Shown: positions 48,184-60,639, counted from the stretch's first letter. The stretch: 64,000 nucleotides of DNA from Eledone cirrhosa (GCA_964016885.1 OZ024764.1:24738001-24802000), one strand, 5' to 3'. The notes: generated from the sequence alone by a model not told the origin. Numbers and translations: made by a program.

Positions 48184-48433
48184 GAAAAGTATAGAAATTG
48201 TTGTAGCGAGAAGTTAACAGTATTCCATAACATATATGCGACTATAGCGTCAAAATGGGAAAATATTTAACATAAGATATGGGAAAAATAATTCAGACTC
48301 AATTCAAAAAGAATCAGGATATAGATTTATCCAACAGAATTTAGAGAAATCCAGGAAAAAATCAATAGAGCCTTAACTCTTTGATAAAACAAAGTCTAAA
48401 GTACTCAACCTTCAATTTGGGACAACTTCAAAT

Positions 48434-48515
48434 GCTCTGTATAGTGTTGAAAAGACTATTTCACGAAAACTTTCAGTGGGGATGGTCACGGTTGGATTTC
48501 GTTCATCAGCAGAGC
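48434..48515 (-). ncRNA. Full-size type I hammerhead ribozyme (AUA site) in dispersed repeat 48181-48740 (partial copy 11447-11680)
   Basis: GCTCTG-CTGATGA-ACGAAA..TTTCGT-GAAA-TAGT..ACTA-TA-CAGAGC; all three stems Watson-Crick. Confidence 0.85.
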
Positions 48516-48741
48516 TCAATATGGTAACCAAGGTCCCACTGGTAATATGCCAAAAAAGGGAATTTAAAAGCAGGCTAGTTTAACACCATGCGTGATTATT
48601 AAAATAAACGCACATGTGGAAAAACAGGGCTGGTGACGTCAGAATGAGACAAATGTTTGTTTACATGAAACAACAGTCAAAAACATTCCGAAAGAAAACT
48701 CTACAAAAGGAGTTCAGCAAAAAGCAATATCATCGCGGTCT

Positions 48742-48811
<70 letters not shown>

Positions 48812-49296
48812 ATACTTTGGGAGGGTCATGTTGCCAATAAGAAACACACGCACCAGTTGCTTTCACTTCAATTTAATTTATTAAATATTTATAAATTTCT
48901 GGTTGGTTGGTTGGTTCCACAACCAGATAGTTGTTTATATATATATAGTCATAGTTCTTTCGTCACACACTCTGTGACCTCTTCAGTGACTGGGGATTTC
49001 GTTCTTCGTTTCTGTGTCTTTCCTTTCTTCTATCCTACGCCATTTTGTTTGTGTGTGGGTTGCGTGCTCAGTTTGCGCATGCGCCACATCCGGGTGTCTG
49101 TGTGTGTTTGTGTTCATTTTTCTATTTATCTATTTATATTTTTCTATTTGTTTGTTTATTTATTTATTTATTGTTGGTTGGTTGTTTGTTCTATGTGTGT
49201 GTGTGTTTTCATTTTGTCTTGTGTGTGTTTTCATTTTGTGTGTGTTTTCGATTGTAAGTTGTTTGTTCTATGTGTGTGTGTGTTTTCATTTTGTCC

Positions 49297-52200
49297 TTAA
49301 TTGTAAGTTGTGATGTTGCTGTTCCACTCATATTTTCTATTTAATTTTGGTTTTAATTCTTTTATGCTTACTGCCTCTGTAATTTGCCTAAACATTGCGT
49401 CTTTCTTGTGTGTGGATTCTATTTTTATTTCTATGCTCTCTAATTTACCCCTGTGTTCTATCTTAGCATGTTGGTAGAGCACAGATGATTCTTTACTATC
49501 TTGGAGGTCTCGCCAGTGTTCATTTATTCGTTCCCCTATACTATGAGCTGTCTCACCTATGTACACTACATTTTTGTTTCTACATTGTCCTTCAGTACAT
49601 CTTATGCTATATACTACATTTCTAGTTTTACAGTTAATATGGGGGCTTATTTTACAGGTTATACATTTCTTATCTATACATGAGGGTCTTTGGAACGGGT
49701 ATGTCTTGCTAATAAGTGTTTTTACGGAGGTACCAGGTCTTTCTACTATCTTAATATTGAGATTATGTTTCTTTAGGGCCCTTCTAAATTTGTAGGCTAG
49801 TTCGCCTCTAGGGGTTGTATTGATGAACATTACACTCTGGTATTTATTGCTATCATACCATGAGTTTATTCTATTGGCCTTGTTCTTAGTTCTTTCTATT
49901 CTATTCCAAAATTTGCTCCTATACAAGGGGCAGGTCCCATTTATGTCATTATTTACCATTTTTTCCCATTTGGTTCTGGCTCCTTTATACACTCTGATTC
50001 TATCTCTCTGATTGTAGCCAGAGAACTGCATACGGTGGATGAAGTGTTGTATGTGTCTCTCTAGTTCTTCGGGGTTGCACATGCGGGACACATTTCTCAT
50101 CACCCGTACCAAATCCGCAATCAGTATGTTGATTTTGGTATGGTCCGAAATGGCCGAGTTTCGGTGGATCAGATGTTTGGAAGTCATGGGTTTGGCATAA
50201 TGGGAATGGAGGATTTGTTTTTGGTTGTTAATAGTATCTAACCAGAGCTCTGTGTCTAGTACAGGTAATCGATGGTTGGGGTGTCTACTTGGGTAGTCTA
50301 TAGTAACTCTAATGCTCTGGTGGATGGAGTTTGCTATTTGCTGGATGCTTTCCATTGTGTTTTTCTCTAGTTCCTGACTGTTCTTTAGTGGGGGTGTCTT
50401 AACTACGATGTTTATATCATCTACGTAGCGGGAGTACATTATCAGGGTTAAGCTGTCTTCTAATTGTTCATTAAGTTTTTGTTTAAGTCTACTGTCCCAC
50501 CATACCATGAATAAGTTAGCTATGTCGCCTGCAATGCTAACACCAATGGCTGCTCCTTCCTCTTGGGCATATGTTTTACCATTAAATTTGAACATATGTT
50601 CCTTAAGGGTTAGTTTTATGCTGGCCCCTACCGCATGTGCAATCATTTTCTTCAGTTCATCGTGGTTTTCGGGTGTCCGTATGGCTCTGGTCCACCCGTT
50701 CCATCTATCTGTGTGGGTTTTCTTGGCCATTGAGGTAATGGTAGGTGGTCTGCCTCTTGCTGGTCTTGTAGGGCACAGGTTGCTAAGGTCATAAGTGTCT
50801 AGGTAACTATTACTATGGGTAAGCTTAAGTAGAAGTCCCAGCTCACTGGTATCAATCCCACGGAACTCAACCTTGCTCTCGCTGATCATTTCGACGCATT
50901 TCTCTACAGCAAAATCCACGTCAATAGATGGATACAGGGACACAACATCCATACTGCCTATTATGCAGTTTGTTAGGTCCCCAGATCGGTTACCCGCGCC
51001 GATTCTGCTGAGGAGGTCCTCCGTGCTGTCACACACATCTGGGGACATCTCAATGATGGGGCGTATGATCAGGGAGAGGAAGTAGGACAGTCTGTAGTTA
51101 CTAGCAATGTTAGCCCCACAGACTGGCCGTGTTGGTGGTCCCGCGACAGGGTCCCAGCCCGTTTTATGGTCTTTACGAAGCCCATACAACGCCGGCACGT
51201 CATTGTTCCAGGCCTGGAAGTTGTTGGCAGTCCTTTTGTTGGGCTGCATTATATTTGTCCACATCACCATATGGGCATTGAGGGTTTTTTCTCTATCCTC
51301 ATGCTCCTGTGGTGTTACCTCTCTTGTGTTAGTGATGTGGGGTTGCATTGCCTGGATGTAGTTTGGCAGGCTGTCAACCGACATTCTGCCAGACTTGTCT
51401 GTTGGAAAGCATGCTATCTCTCCATTACGCGAGCGCTGCATGAGCTTACGCAAGCCATTTGCAGATTCTTCTCCCAGTTGCTGGGCCTCTATTCTATTAT
51501 GCTTCTTGCTATACTGTTCTATAATATTTCTAAGTTCGGATTTAGCTATACTAAATTGTGCCTCTGTTTGTTCATCGACCTGCGACGGCAACTGCGTGCG
51601 TTTGTTAAATGGCAAAGTCGTGGCGTGGACTCGTCGTAGGTCGAATGATTTATCGGAGGGGTTATAAAACGGAGAGTTCCAGGCTGCTGCTTTATGTGTA
51701 CTAGTGCTATTGTTATTGTTAGTTGTGTTGTTTCTATTTCCACCAACAGCAGCAGCCTCAGCTTCATGGTTGTTTCTATGTCTCTCATAATTACTCCTGT
51801 CTCTTTCCACTGGCTCAATGTTGTTATCTATCCTATTTTGTGTGTCTGTGTGTTCGTCTTGGTTATTCTCTTTGTCCTTAGTCTCCCATCTCCTTTTCCT
51901 TTTCCTTTTAATCCTATTACTTTCTCTTATTTCTCTGATTTCTGTGCTACTGTCATTACTTGTTTTCTGTGTCTGTGTGTTTGTTAAGATTGTGGTGAGA
52001 GGCATTGAATGCGTGTGTGTTGTTGTTGTTGATGTGTGTTGTTGTTGATGTGTGTTGTTGTTGTCTCCGTGTGTGTGTGTGTTATCGTTGTTGTGTGTGT
52101 TGTTATTGTTGTTTGTGTTTGCGTGTCTGTTGTTGTTGTATCTGGGTATGTTGCTATTGTTGTTGTTATTGTTGTTTGTGTCTGTGTGTCTGTTGTTGTT

Positions 52201-52866
52201 GGGATGTGTGTTGTATATGTGTGTGCGTATATTGTTGCTTTTGTTTTTGTTTTTGTTTTTGATGCTCCAGCGTAGTTTCGTAAATGATTTTTCTATTTCT
52301 GACAGACAACTAATCATATTTACCTTCTTGAATGTCGCAAATTTGGGTGGCAGACGTAACACAGACACTTCATTATTATCTATTTCCGTGTTTCCATAGA
52401 TGTTGGTATTTTCATTGTTGAACTCTTCAGATAATGAGGTGTCGGCCATGTTGATACCGTCAATTTTGTCGGGATATCTATTGGTATACTCTATAGTATC
52501 CCGATTTAGCTTTGCCTGTTTAAGCCACTTTAATTTTCTGTTAAAGTGCTTATTACATTCTTGAGTAATGTACTGTTCTTCGGGGCGTATAAGGCTTATA
52601 AATGTTAGTTTTTCTGCTGGTGTGGTGATTTTAGATATTTCATCTATTAGGTTACGCTTTAGTTTTTCTTGATGACTTAATTCTCTATAGATCTTCTTTT
52701 TTATGTTTAGAATTAAAGTTCGTTTTAGCCTATCTGCTTGTTTTTTGGTGAGTTGTAATCTTCTAACGTCGGTATTGATGGTGTTGGTGTAGATTCTAGA
52801 AGTGGTGCACAGTTTTATGAAGTGTAGTTGTCGAGATGTTATGGTTTTTCGTAGACAACAGAACAT
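49297..52866 (-). CDS. Penelope-like RT-GIY-YIG polyprotein (1189 aa from the first retained ATG; Neptune-like Cys linker)
   Basis: TDKSG, RPV, SMDVVSLYPSID, QEEGAAIG, RYVDD, LPVLD; CIDKKCITC..C; NVVY..YIGET..ERINEH..E..LN. Confidence 0.93.
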   Translation of the reverse strand: MFCCLRKTITSRQLHFIKLCTTSRIYTNTINTDVRRLQLTKKQADRLKRTLILNIKKKIYRELSHQEKLKRNLIDEISKITTPAEKLTFISLIRPEEQYITQECNKHFNRKLKWLKQAKLNRDTIEYTNRYPDKIDGINMADTSLSEEFNNENTNIYGNTEIDNNEVSVLRLPPKFATFKKVNMISCLSEIEKSFTKLRWSIKNKNKNKSNNIRTHIYNTHPNNNRHTDTNNNNNNNSNIPRYNNNRHANTNNNNNTHNNDNTHTHGDNNNTHQQQHTSTTTTHTHSMPLTTILTNTQTQKTSNDSSTEIREIRESNRIKRKRKRRWETKDKENNQDEHTDTQNRIDNNIEPVERDRSNYERHRNNHEAEAAAVGGNRNNTTNNNNSTSTHKAAAWNSPFYNPSDKSFDLRRVHATTLPFNKRTQLPSQVDEQTEAQFSIAKSELRNIIEQYSKKHNRIEAQQLGEESANGLRKLMQRSRNGEIACFPTDKSGRMSVDSLPNYIQAMQPHITNTREVTPQEHEDREKTLNAHMVMWTNIMQPNKRTANNFQAWNNDVPALYGLRKDHKTGWDPVAGPPTRPVCGANIASNYRLSYFLSLIIRPIIEMSPDVCDSTEDLLSRIGAGNRSGDLTNCIIGSMDVVSLYPSIDVDFAVEKCVEMISESKVEFRGIDTSELGLLLKLTHSNSYLDTYDLSNLCPTRPARGRPPTITSMAKKTHTDRWNGWTRAIRTPENHDELKKMIAHAVGASIKLTLKEHMFKFNGKTYAQEEGAAIGVSIAGDIANLFMVWWDSRLKQKLNEQLEDSLTLIMYSRYVDDINIVVKTPPLKNSQELEKNTMESIQQIANSIHQSIRVTIDYPSRHPNHRLPVLDTELWLDTINNQKQILHSHYAKPMTSKHLIHRNSAISDHTKINILIADLVRVMRNVSRMCNPEELERHIQHFIHRMQFSGYNQRDRIRVYKGARTKWEKMVNNDINGTCPLYRSKFWNRIERTKNKANRINSWYDSNKYQSVMFINTTPRGELAYKFRRALKKHNLNIKIVERPGTSVKTLISKTYPFQRPSCIDKKCITCKISPHINCKTRNVVYSIRCTEGQCRNKNVVYIGETAHSIGERINEHWRDLQDSKESSVLYQHAKIEHRGKLESIEIKIESTHKKDAMFRQITEAVSIKELKPKLNRKYEWNSNITTYN

Positions 52867-52979
52867 GGTGGTTTTCAGTATCTTGTTAGCCTGGCTAAGG
52901 CTTACGATATTTCGTTTCTGAATTTGTTTAGCAAGATTCTTTATCTGAAATCGTGTGTTGAAACCGATATTGTTATACT

Positions 52980-54524
52980 TTGGGACTTCTACTTAAGCTT
53001 ACCCATAGTAATAGTTACCTAGACACTTATGACCTTAGCAACCTGTGCCCTACAAGACCAGCAAGAGGCAGACCACCTACCATTACCTCAATGGCCAAGA
53101 AAACCCACACAGATAGATGGAACGGGTGGACCAGAGCCATACGGACACCCGAAAACCACGATGAACTGAAGAAAATGATTGCACATGCGGTAGGGGCCAG
53201 CATAAAACTAACCCTTAAGGAACATATGTTCAAATTTAATGGTAAAACATATGCCCAAGAGGAAGGAGCAGCCATTGGTGTTAGCATTGCAGGCGACATA
53301 GCTAACTTATTCATGGTATGGTGGGACAGTAGACTTAAACAAAAACTTAATGAACAATTAGAAGACAGCTTAACCCTGATAATGTACTCCCGCTACGTAG
53401 ATGATATAAACATCGTAGTTAAGACACCCCCACTAAAGAACAGTCAGGAACTAGAGAAAAACACAATGGAAAGCATCCAGCAAATAGCAAACTCCATCCA
53501 CCAGAGCATTAGAGTTACTATAGACTACCCAAGTAGACACCCCAACCATCGATTACCTGTACTAGACACAGAGCTCTGGTTAGATACTATTAACAACCAA
53601 AAACAAATCCTCCATTCCCATTATGCCAAACCCATGACTTCCAAACATCTGATCCACCGAAACTCGGCCATTTCGGACCATACCAAAATCAACATACTGA
53701 TTGCGGATTTGGTACGGGTGATGAGAAATGTGTCCCGCATGTGCAACCCCGAAGAACTAGAGAGACACATACAACACTTCATCCACCGTATGCAGTTCTC
53801 TGGCTACAATCAGAGAGATAGAATCAGAGTGTATAAAGGAGCCAGAACCAAATGGGAAAAAATGGTAAATAATGACATAAATGGGACCTGCCCCTTGTAT
53901 AGGAGCAAATTTTGGAATAGAATAGAAAGAACTAAGAACAAGGCCAATAGAATAAACTCATGGTATGATAGCAATAAATACCAGAGTGTAATGTTCATCA
54001 ATACAACCCCTAGAGGCGAACTAGCCTACAAATTTAGAAGGGCCCTAAAGAAACATAATCTCAATATTAAGATAGTAGAAAGACCTGGTACCTCCGTAAA
54101 AACACTTATTAGCAAGACATACCCGTTCCAAAGACCCTCATGTATAGATAAGAAATGTATAACCTGTAAAATAAGCCCCCATATTAACTGTAAAACTAGA
54201 AATGTAGTATATAGCATAAGATGTACTGAAGGACAATGTAGAAACAAAAATGTAGTGTACATAGGTGAGACAGCTCGTAGTATAGGGGAACGAATAAATG
54301 AACACTGGCGAGACCTCCAAGATAGTAAAGAATCATCTGTGCTCTACCAACATGCTAAGATAGAACACAGGGGTAAATTAGAGAGCATAGAAATAAAAAT
54401 AGAATCCACACACAAGAAAGACGCAATGTTTAGGCAAATTACAGAGGCAGTAAGCATAAAAGAATTAAAACCAAAATTAAATAGAAAATATGAGTGGAAC
54501 AGCAACATCACAACTTACAATTAA
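52980..54524 (+). pseudogene. 5'-truncated inverted duplicate of the Penelope ORF (RT C-half + GIY-YIG)
   Basis: 514 aa matching the C-terminal part of 49297-52866 apart from ETARS vs ETAHS; starts at the inversion junction. Confidence 0.9.
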
Positions 54525-54829
54525 GGACACAATGAAAACACACACACACATAGAACAAACAACTTACAATCGAAAACACACACAAAATGAAAACACACAC
54601 AAGACAAAATGAAAACACACACACACATAGAACAAACAACCAACCAACAATAAATAAATAAATAAACAAACAAATAGAAAAATATAAATAGATAAATAGA
54701 AAAATGAACACAAACACACACAGACACCCGGATGTGGCGCATGCGCAAACTGAGCACGCAACCCACACACAAACAAAATGGCGTAGGATAGAAGAAAGGA
54801 AAGACACAGAAACGAAGAACGAAATCCCC

Positions 54830-54874
54830 AGTCACTGAAGAGGTCACAGAGTGTGTGACGAAAGAACTATGACT
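54830..54874 (+). ncRNA. Minimal type I hammerhead ribozyme in Penelope pLTR
   Basis: AGTCA-CTGAAGA-G-GTCACA gagtg TGTGAC-GAAA-GAAC-TA-TGACT. Confidence 0.8.
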
Positions 54875-55090
54875 ATATATATATAAACAACTATCTGGTT
54901 GTGGAACCAACCAACCAACCAGAAATTTATAAATTTGTAAATTTATAAATATTTAATAAATTAAATTGAAGTGAAAGCAACTGGTGCGTGTGTTTCTTAT
55001 TGGCAGCATGACCCTCCCAAAGTATAACAATATCGGTTTCAACACACGATTTCAGATAAAGAATCTTGCTAAACAAATTCAGAAACGAAA

Positions 55091-55127
<37 letters not shown>

Positions 55128-55141
55128 TTATATATATAGTA

Positions 55142-58118
55142 CTAGCAGTAAAGCCCGGCGTTGCTCGGGGTCGCTCAGTAGCTGTGTTAAAGTTACAATG
55201 TTAAGTTTCTTTTTTGGCTTAAAAACTGTAGTGTCTATAGTGTAGACTTGCATGTGGTGTTTTTGATTAATATTCCCTCAACCAACAATATGCCTTATGA
55301 AGTTAAGAAAACATAACGATAACCCGAATGTTATAACAAAAGAGGATGCTGGGGATAAAAACTGCACTGGTTATTTATTAACAAAGATCGAAAATGTTAA
55401 CACTGCAACGCAGAGAAAAACATTAGCGTAACCAAATAATCAGTTATGTCTGTCTGCACGCCTATATCACCTCTCTGCACGACTGTCTGTCTGCACGCCT
55501 GAAATATTTGCTTGTTTTACGTAGTCTTTAAATAGACTTGTTTTCAAGTAAAAATATTGTTTTAAAATGCTTTTAAATGGAAATGAAGCAAAACGGAAGC
55601 TTAGTGTTCGAACTGATGAATTTTGCAGGTCAATATTTTGCTGGCTCGACAACTGTTCGTGTATTGTGTTAATGTCATTTTAAACGCTGAGAAAGCCAGC
55701 GTAATTTTTTACGTAAGACGCTCAATGTAAACAGAACAAAGGGAAATAACTGATAACTTACGCTCAAAAATCGATACATTATATTCGATTTCGTCACATA
55801 GGGTGGGTCAATTTGAAATATTTTTTTCCGATGTCTTCGCTAGGGCTCAATGTACAAGTATAGTAATTTCGGTGCAATTCCGTCAGAGATTCTAAGAGGA
55901 GATGTGTGCCAAAAATCGATAGACAGACAGACAACCACAGTTTTATATATATAGACTAGCAGTAAAGCCCGGCGTTGCTCGGGGTCGCTCAGTAGCTGTG
56001 TTAAAGTTACAATGTTAAGTTTCTTTTTTGGCTTAAAAACTGTAGTGTCTACTGTGCAGACTTGCATGTGGTGTTTTTGATTAATATTCCCTCAACCAAC
56101 AATATGCCTTATGAAGTTAAGAAAACATAACGATAACCCGAATGTTATAACAAAAGAGGATGTTGGGGATAAAAACTGCACTGGTTATTTATTAACAAAG
56201 ATCGAAAATGTAAACACTGCAACGCAGAGAAAAACATTAGCGTAACCAAATTATCAGTTATGTCTGTCTGCACGCCTATATCACCTCTCTGCACGACTGT
56301 CTGTCTGCACGCCTATATCAACTCTCTGCACGACTGTCTGTCTGCACGCCCATATCACCTCTCTGCACGACTATCTGTCTGCACGCCTATATCACCTCTC
56401 TGCACGACTGTCTGTCTGCACGCCTATATCACCTCTCTGCACGACTGTCTGTCTGCACGACTGTCTGTCTGCACGCCTAACGAAATTTACAGATACATAT
56501 ATTTTAAATAAACTTATATAATTTTTGCTTTTTTTTACGAAATATTTGCTTGTTTTACGTAGTCTTTAAATAGACTTGTTTTCAAGTAAAAATATTGTTT
56601 TAAAAGGCTTTTAAATGGAAATGAAGCAAAACGGAAGCTTAGTGTTCGAACTGATGAATTTTGCAGGAATGTAAAGAGAACGTAAGACGCTACGCTGAAT
56701 GTAAACAGAACAAAGGGAAATAACTGATCACGTACGCTCAAAAATCGATACATTATATTCGATTTCGTCAGATAGGGCGGGTCAATTTGAAATATTTTTT
56801 TTCCGATGTCTTCGCTAGGGCTCAATGTACAAGTATAGCAATTTCAGTGCAATTCCGTGAGAGATTCTAAGAGGAGATGTGTGCCAAAAATCGATAGACA
56901 GACAGACAACCTCAGTTTTATATATAGAGACTAGCAGTAAAGCCCGGCGTTGCTCGGGGTCGCTCAGTAGCTGTGTTAAAGTTACAATGTTAAGTTTCTT
57001 TCTTGGCTTAAAAACTGTAGTGTCTACTGTGCAGACTTGCATGTGGTGTTTTTGATTAATATTCCCTCAACCAACAATATGCCTTATGAAGTTAAGAAAA
57101 CATAACGATAACCCGAATGTTATAACAAAAGAGGCTGCTGGGGATAAAAACTGCACTGGTTATTTATTAACAAAGATCGAAAATGTAAACACTGCAACGC
57201 AGAGAAAAACATTAGCGTAACCAAATTATCAGTTACTAGCAGTAAAACCCGGCGTTGCTCGGGGTCGCTCAGGAGCTGTGTTAAAGTTACAATGTTAAGT
57301 TTCTTTCTTGGCTTAAAAACTGTAGTGTCTACTGTGCAGACTTGCATGTGGTGTTTTTGATTAATATTCCCTCAACCAACAATATGCCTTATGAAGTTAA
57401 GAAAACATAACGATAACCCGAATGTTATAACAAAAGAGGATGCTGGGGATAGAAACTGCACTGGTTATTTATTAACAAAGATCGAAAATGTAAACACTGC
57501 AACGCAGAGAAAAACATTAGCGTAACCAAATTATCAGTTATGTCTGTCTGCACGCCTATATCACCTCTCTGCACGCCTATATCACCTCTCTGCACGACTG
57601 TCTGTCTGCACGCCTATATCACCTCTCTGCACGAGTGTCTGTCTGCACGCGTATATCACCTCTCTGCACGACTGTGTGTCTGCACGCCTAACGACGAAAT
57701 ATTTGCTTGTTTTACGTAGTCTTTAAATAGACTTGTTTTCAAGTAAAAATATTGTTTTAAAATGCTTTTAAATGGAAATGAAGCAAAACGGAAGCTTAGT
57801 GTTCGAACTGATGAATTTTGCAGGTCAATATTTTGCTGGCTCGACAACTGTTAAAGCCAGCGTAATTTTTTACGTAAGACGCTCAATGTAAACAGAACAA
57901 AGGGAAATAACTGATAACTTACGCTCAAAAATCGATACATTATATTCGATTTCGTCACATAGGGTGGGTCAATTTGAAATATTTTTTTTTCCGATGTCTT
58001 CGCTAGGGCTCAATGTACAAGTATAGCAATTTCGGTGCAATTCCGTCAGAGATTCTAAGAGGAGATGTGTGCCAAAAATCGATAGACAGACAGACAGCCA
58101 CAGTTTTATATATATAGA
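55142..58118 (-). mobile_element. Head-to-tail array of four non-autonomous Helitron units with internal 37-bp repeats
   Basis: Units 55142-55955, 55956-56930, 56931-57235 (partial), 57236-58118; 5' TCTATATAT, 3' CCCGAGCAACGCCGGG hairpin + CTAG. Confidence 0.88.
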
Positions 58119-58464
58119 TTAAGGATACTATTTATGGTTATGTATATACTAAAACTTTTTATAGTTATATATATTTTAAACCCTAAACAGTGAAAGACAG
58201 TAATTTATTACTACCTTATTACCAGTAAGATAAATAGCTCAATGTAATAACATCAGTTGTTCTACAGAGCAGTTATATAGAATTCACAGGAATCAAAGTT
58301 CTGTTTAAACCATTTATTAGCTTACAATTGTTTCATCCAAACCGAGGCTTGGTGTCTTCGGAGCATTTTTCAATGTTTGTATACATACATGACCTCCTTT
58401 CCAACGCAAGAGACATACAGAAACATATGTATATATTGATGTACATTGGGGTGACATATATTAT

Positions 58465-58518
58465 ATTAAACTTAGAAGAAATGCGCACATACATGTGCGC
58501 ATTTCTTCTAAGTTTAAT
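58465..58518. repeat. 26-bp-arm perfect hairpin
   Basis: ATTAAACTTAGAAGAAATGCGCACAT-ac-ATGTGCGCATTTCTTCTAAGTTTAAT. Confidence 0.85.
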
Positions 58519-58887
58519 TTTACTACTAATTACGTGCGGTTGACGGTGTATTTGATCGGATTCTGCATGCTGCCGAAATGTTTGATAAATGGTGAACGGA
58601 GTTAACGCGAACTGGCTGCGGTCAGTTATTTGTCGGAGATTTCCCCGTTAGAAAATTTATTCTTAAAGCTTGCTAGATTTGATTATGTATATGGTTGATT
58701 ATGCTGATTAGAAGAAGAAATAGTATATATTTTAATATCTGAACGATTCTATAGACATGAGTTATGATATAATGCTCTGATTTTTTGATTTTAATTTATT
58801 AATTCTTCATTGAGCTTAAAAGTGAACAGTTGCAACACATATATGTATCCTTGATTTAATTTAATTTAATTTTATGTATGTGATAAC

Positions 58888-58938
<51 letters not shown>

Positions 58939-59112
58939 CATACATATATATATACATATATATATATATATGTATGTATATATATATGTATGTATATATA
59001 TATGTGTATGTATATACATATATGTATGTATATATATATATGTATGTATATATATATGTATATATATATATATGTGTATATATGTATGTGTATGTGTATG
59101 TATGTGTGTATG

Positions 59113-59161
<49 letters not shown>

Positions 59162-59162
59162 T

Positions 59163-59193
<31 letters not shown>

Positions 59194-59251
59194 CGAATGT
59201 GTGTATATGTATATATATATATATATATGTATATATATGTATATATATATA

Positions 59252-60601
59252 TAATAATAATAATGAAATTATTGTGTACAGTGCTCAGGTGCACTACAAC
59301 TCGTCAAAGGTGTATGTATAGTACATAGAATAATACACAAATGTCAGGGAAGTGAATAGTGTATGAGTCATGATATACATGTGTGCGTGTGTATGGAGGG
59401 GGAACATTAGGTGTAGTGTTGGCGGATCTCAGGAAGCATGGAGGTTTTAAAGGATGCAGTGTCTCGACAGCTAACAACTGATGCAGGTAGTTTGTTCCAT
59501 GGATGTTTTAAAGGATGCAGTGTCCCGACAGCTAACAACTGATGCAGGTAGTTTGTTCCATGGATGTTTTAAAGGATGTAGTGTCTCGACAGCTAACAAC
59601 TGATGCAGGTAGTTTGTTCCAGGGAGGTTTTAAAGGATGCAGTGTCTCAACAGCTAACAACTGATGCAGGTAGTTTGTTCCATGGATGTTTTAAAGGATG
59701 TAGTGTCTCGACAGCTAACAACTGATGCAGGTAGTTTGTTGCATGGAGGTTTTAAAGGATGCAGTGTCCCGACAGCTAACAACTGATGCAGGTACTTTGT
59801 TCCATGTAGGTTTTAAAGGATGCAGTGTCTCAACAGCTAACAACTGATGCAGGTAGTTTGTTCCATGGAAGTTTTAAAGGATGCAGTGTCTCAACAGCTA
59901 ACAACTGATGCAGGTAGTTTGTTCCATGGAAGTTTTAAAGGATGCAGTTTCTCGACAGCTAACAACTGATGCAGGGAGTTTGTTTCATGGAGGTTTTAAA
60001 GGATGCAGTTTCTCGACAGCTAACAACTGATGCAGGTAGTTTGTTCCATGGAAGTTTTAAAGGAAGCAGTGTCTCAACAGCTAACAACTGATGCAGGTAG
60101 TTTGTTCCATGGAAGTTTTAAAGGATGCAGTGTCTCGACAGCTAACAACTGATGCAGGGAGTTTGTTTCATGGAGGTTTTAAAGGATGCAGTTTCTCGAC
60201 AGCTAACAACTGATGCAGGTAGTTTGTTCCATGGAAGTTTTAAAGGATGCAGTGTCTCGACAGCTAACAACTGATGCAGGGAGTTTGTTTCATGGAGGTT
60301 TTAAAGGATGCAGTTTCTCGACAGCTAACAACTGATGCAGGTAGTTTGTTCCATGCTTCAGCAACTCTGAGCGTGAAAAAATGTTTCCGAAAGTCATGGG
60401 AACTGTGCTGTTTTCTGACTTTGTGGGCATGTCCACGTGTGTTAGACACATGGAAATCAAAAAAGTACTCAGGGTTGTTGTTGGCGAGATGGTTAACAAT
60501 TTTGTGGGTGTTTACCAAGTCAGTTGCCAGACGTCGGAGCTTCAATGTATCCATGCCCAGGGAAGCAAGGCATTCAGAGTATGGTTTACACCGAACAGTT
60601 T

Positions 60602-60603
<2 letters not shown>
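59252..60603 (-). mobile_element. CR1/L2-type LINE 3' end with an internal 61-bp tandem array (~15 copies, 59438-60353)
   Basis: LKLRRLATDL..NTRGH..RKHFFTLRVAEAWNKLP..SFK; (TTA)n tail; AGGATGCAG at 59451 and 59512. Confidence 0.88.

Positions 60604-60639
<36 letters not shown>

Larger units (their letters stand above)
48804..55090. mobile_element. Penelope-like element: near full-length copy (-, 48804-52985) plus inverted 5'-truncated copy (+, 52981-55090) in (TA)n
   Basis: Arms 48804-50840 and 52981-55032 are near-identical inverted repeats; hammerheads at 48947-48991 (-) and 54830-54874 (+). Confidence 0.95.
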
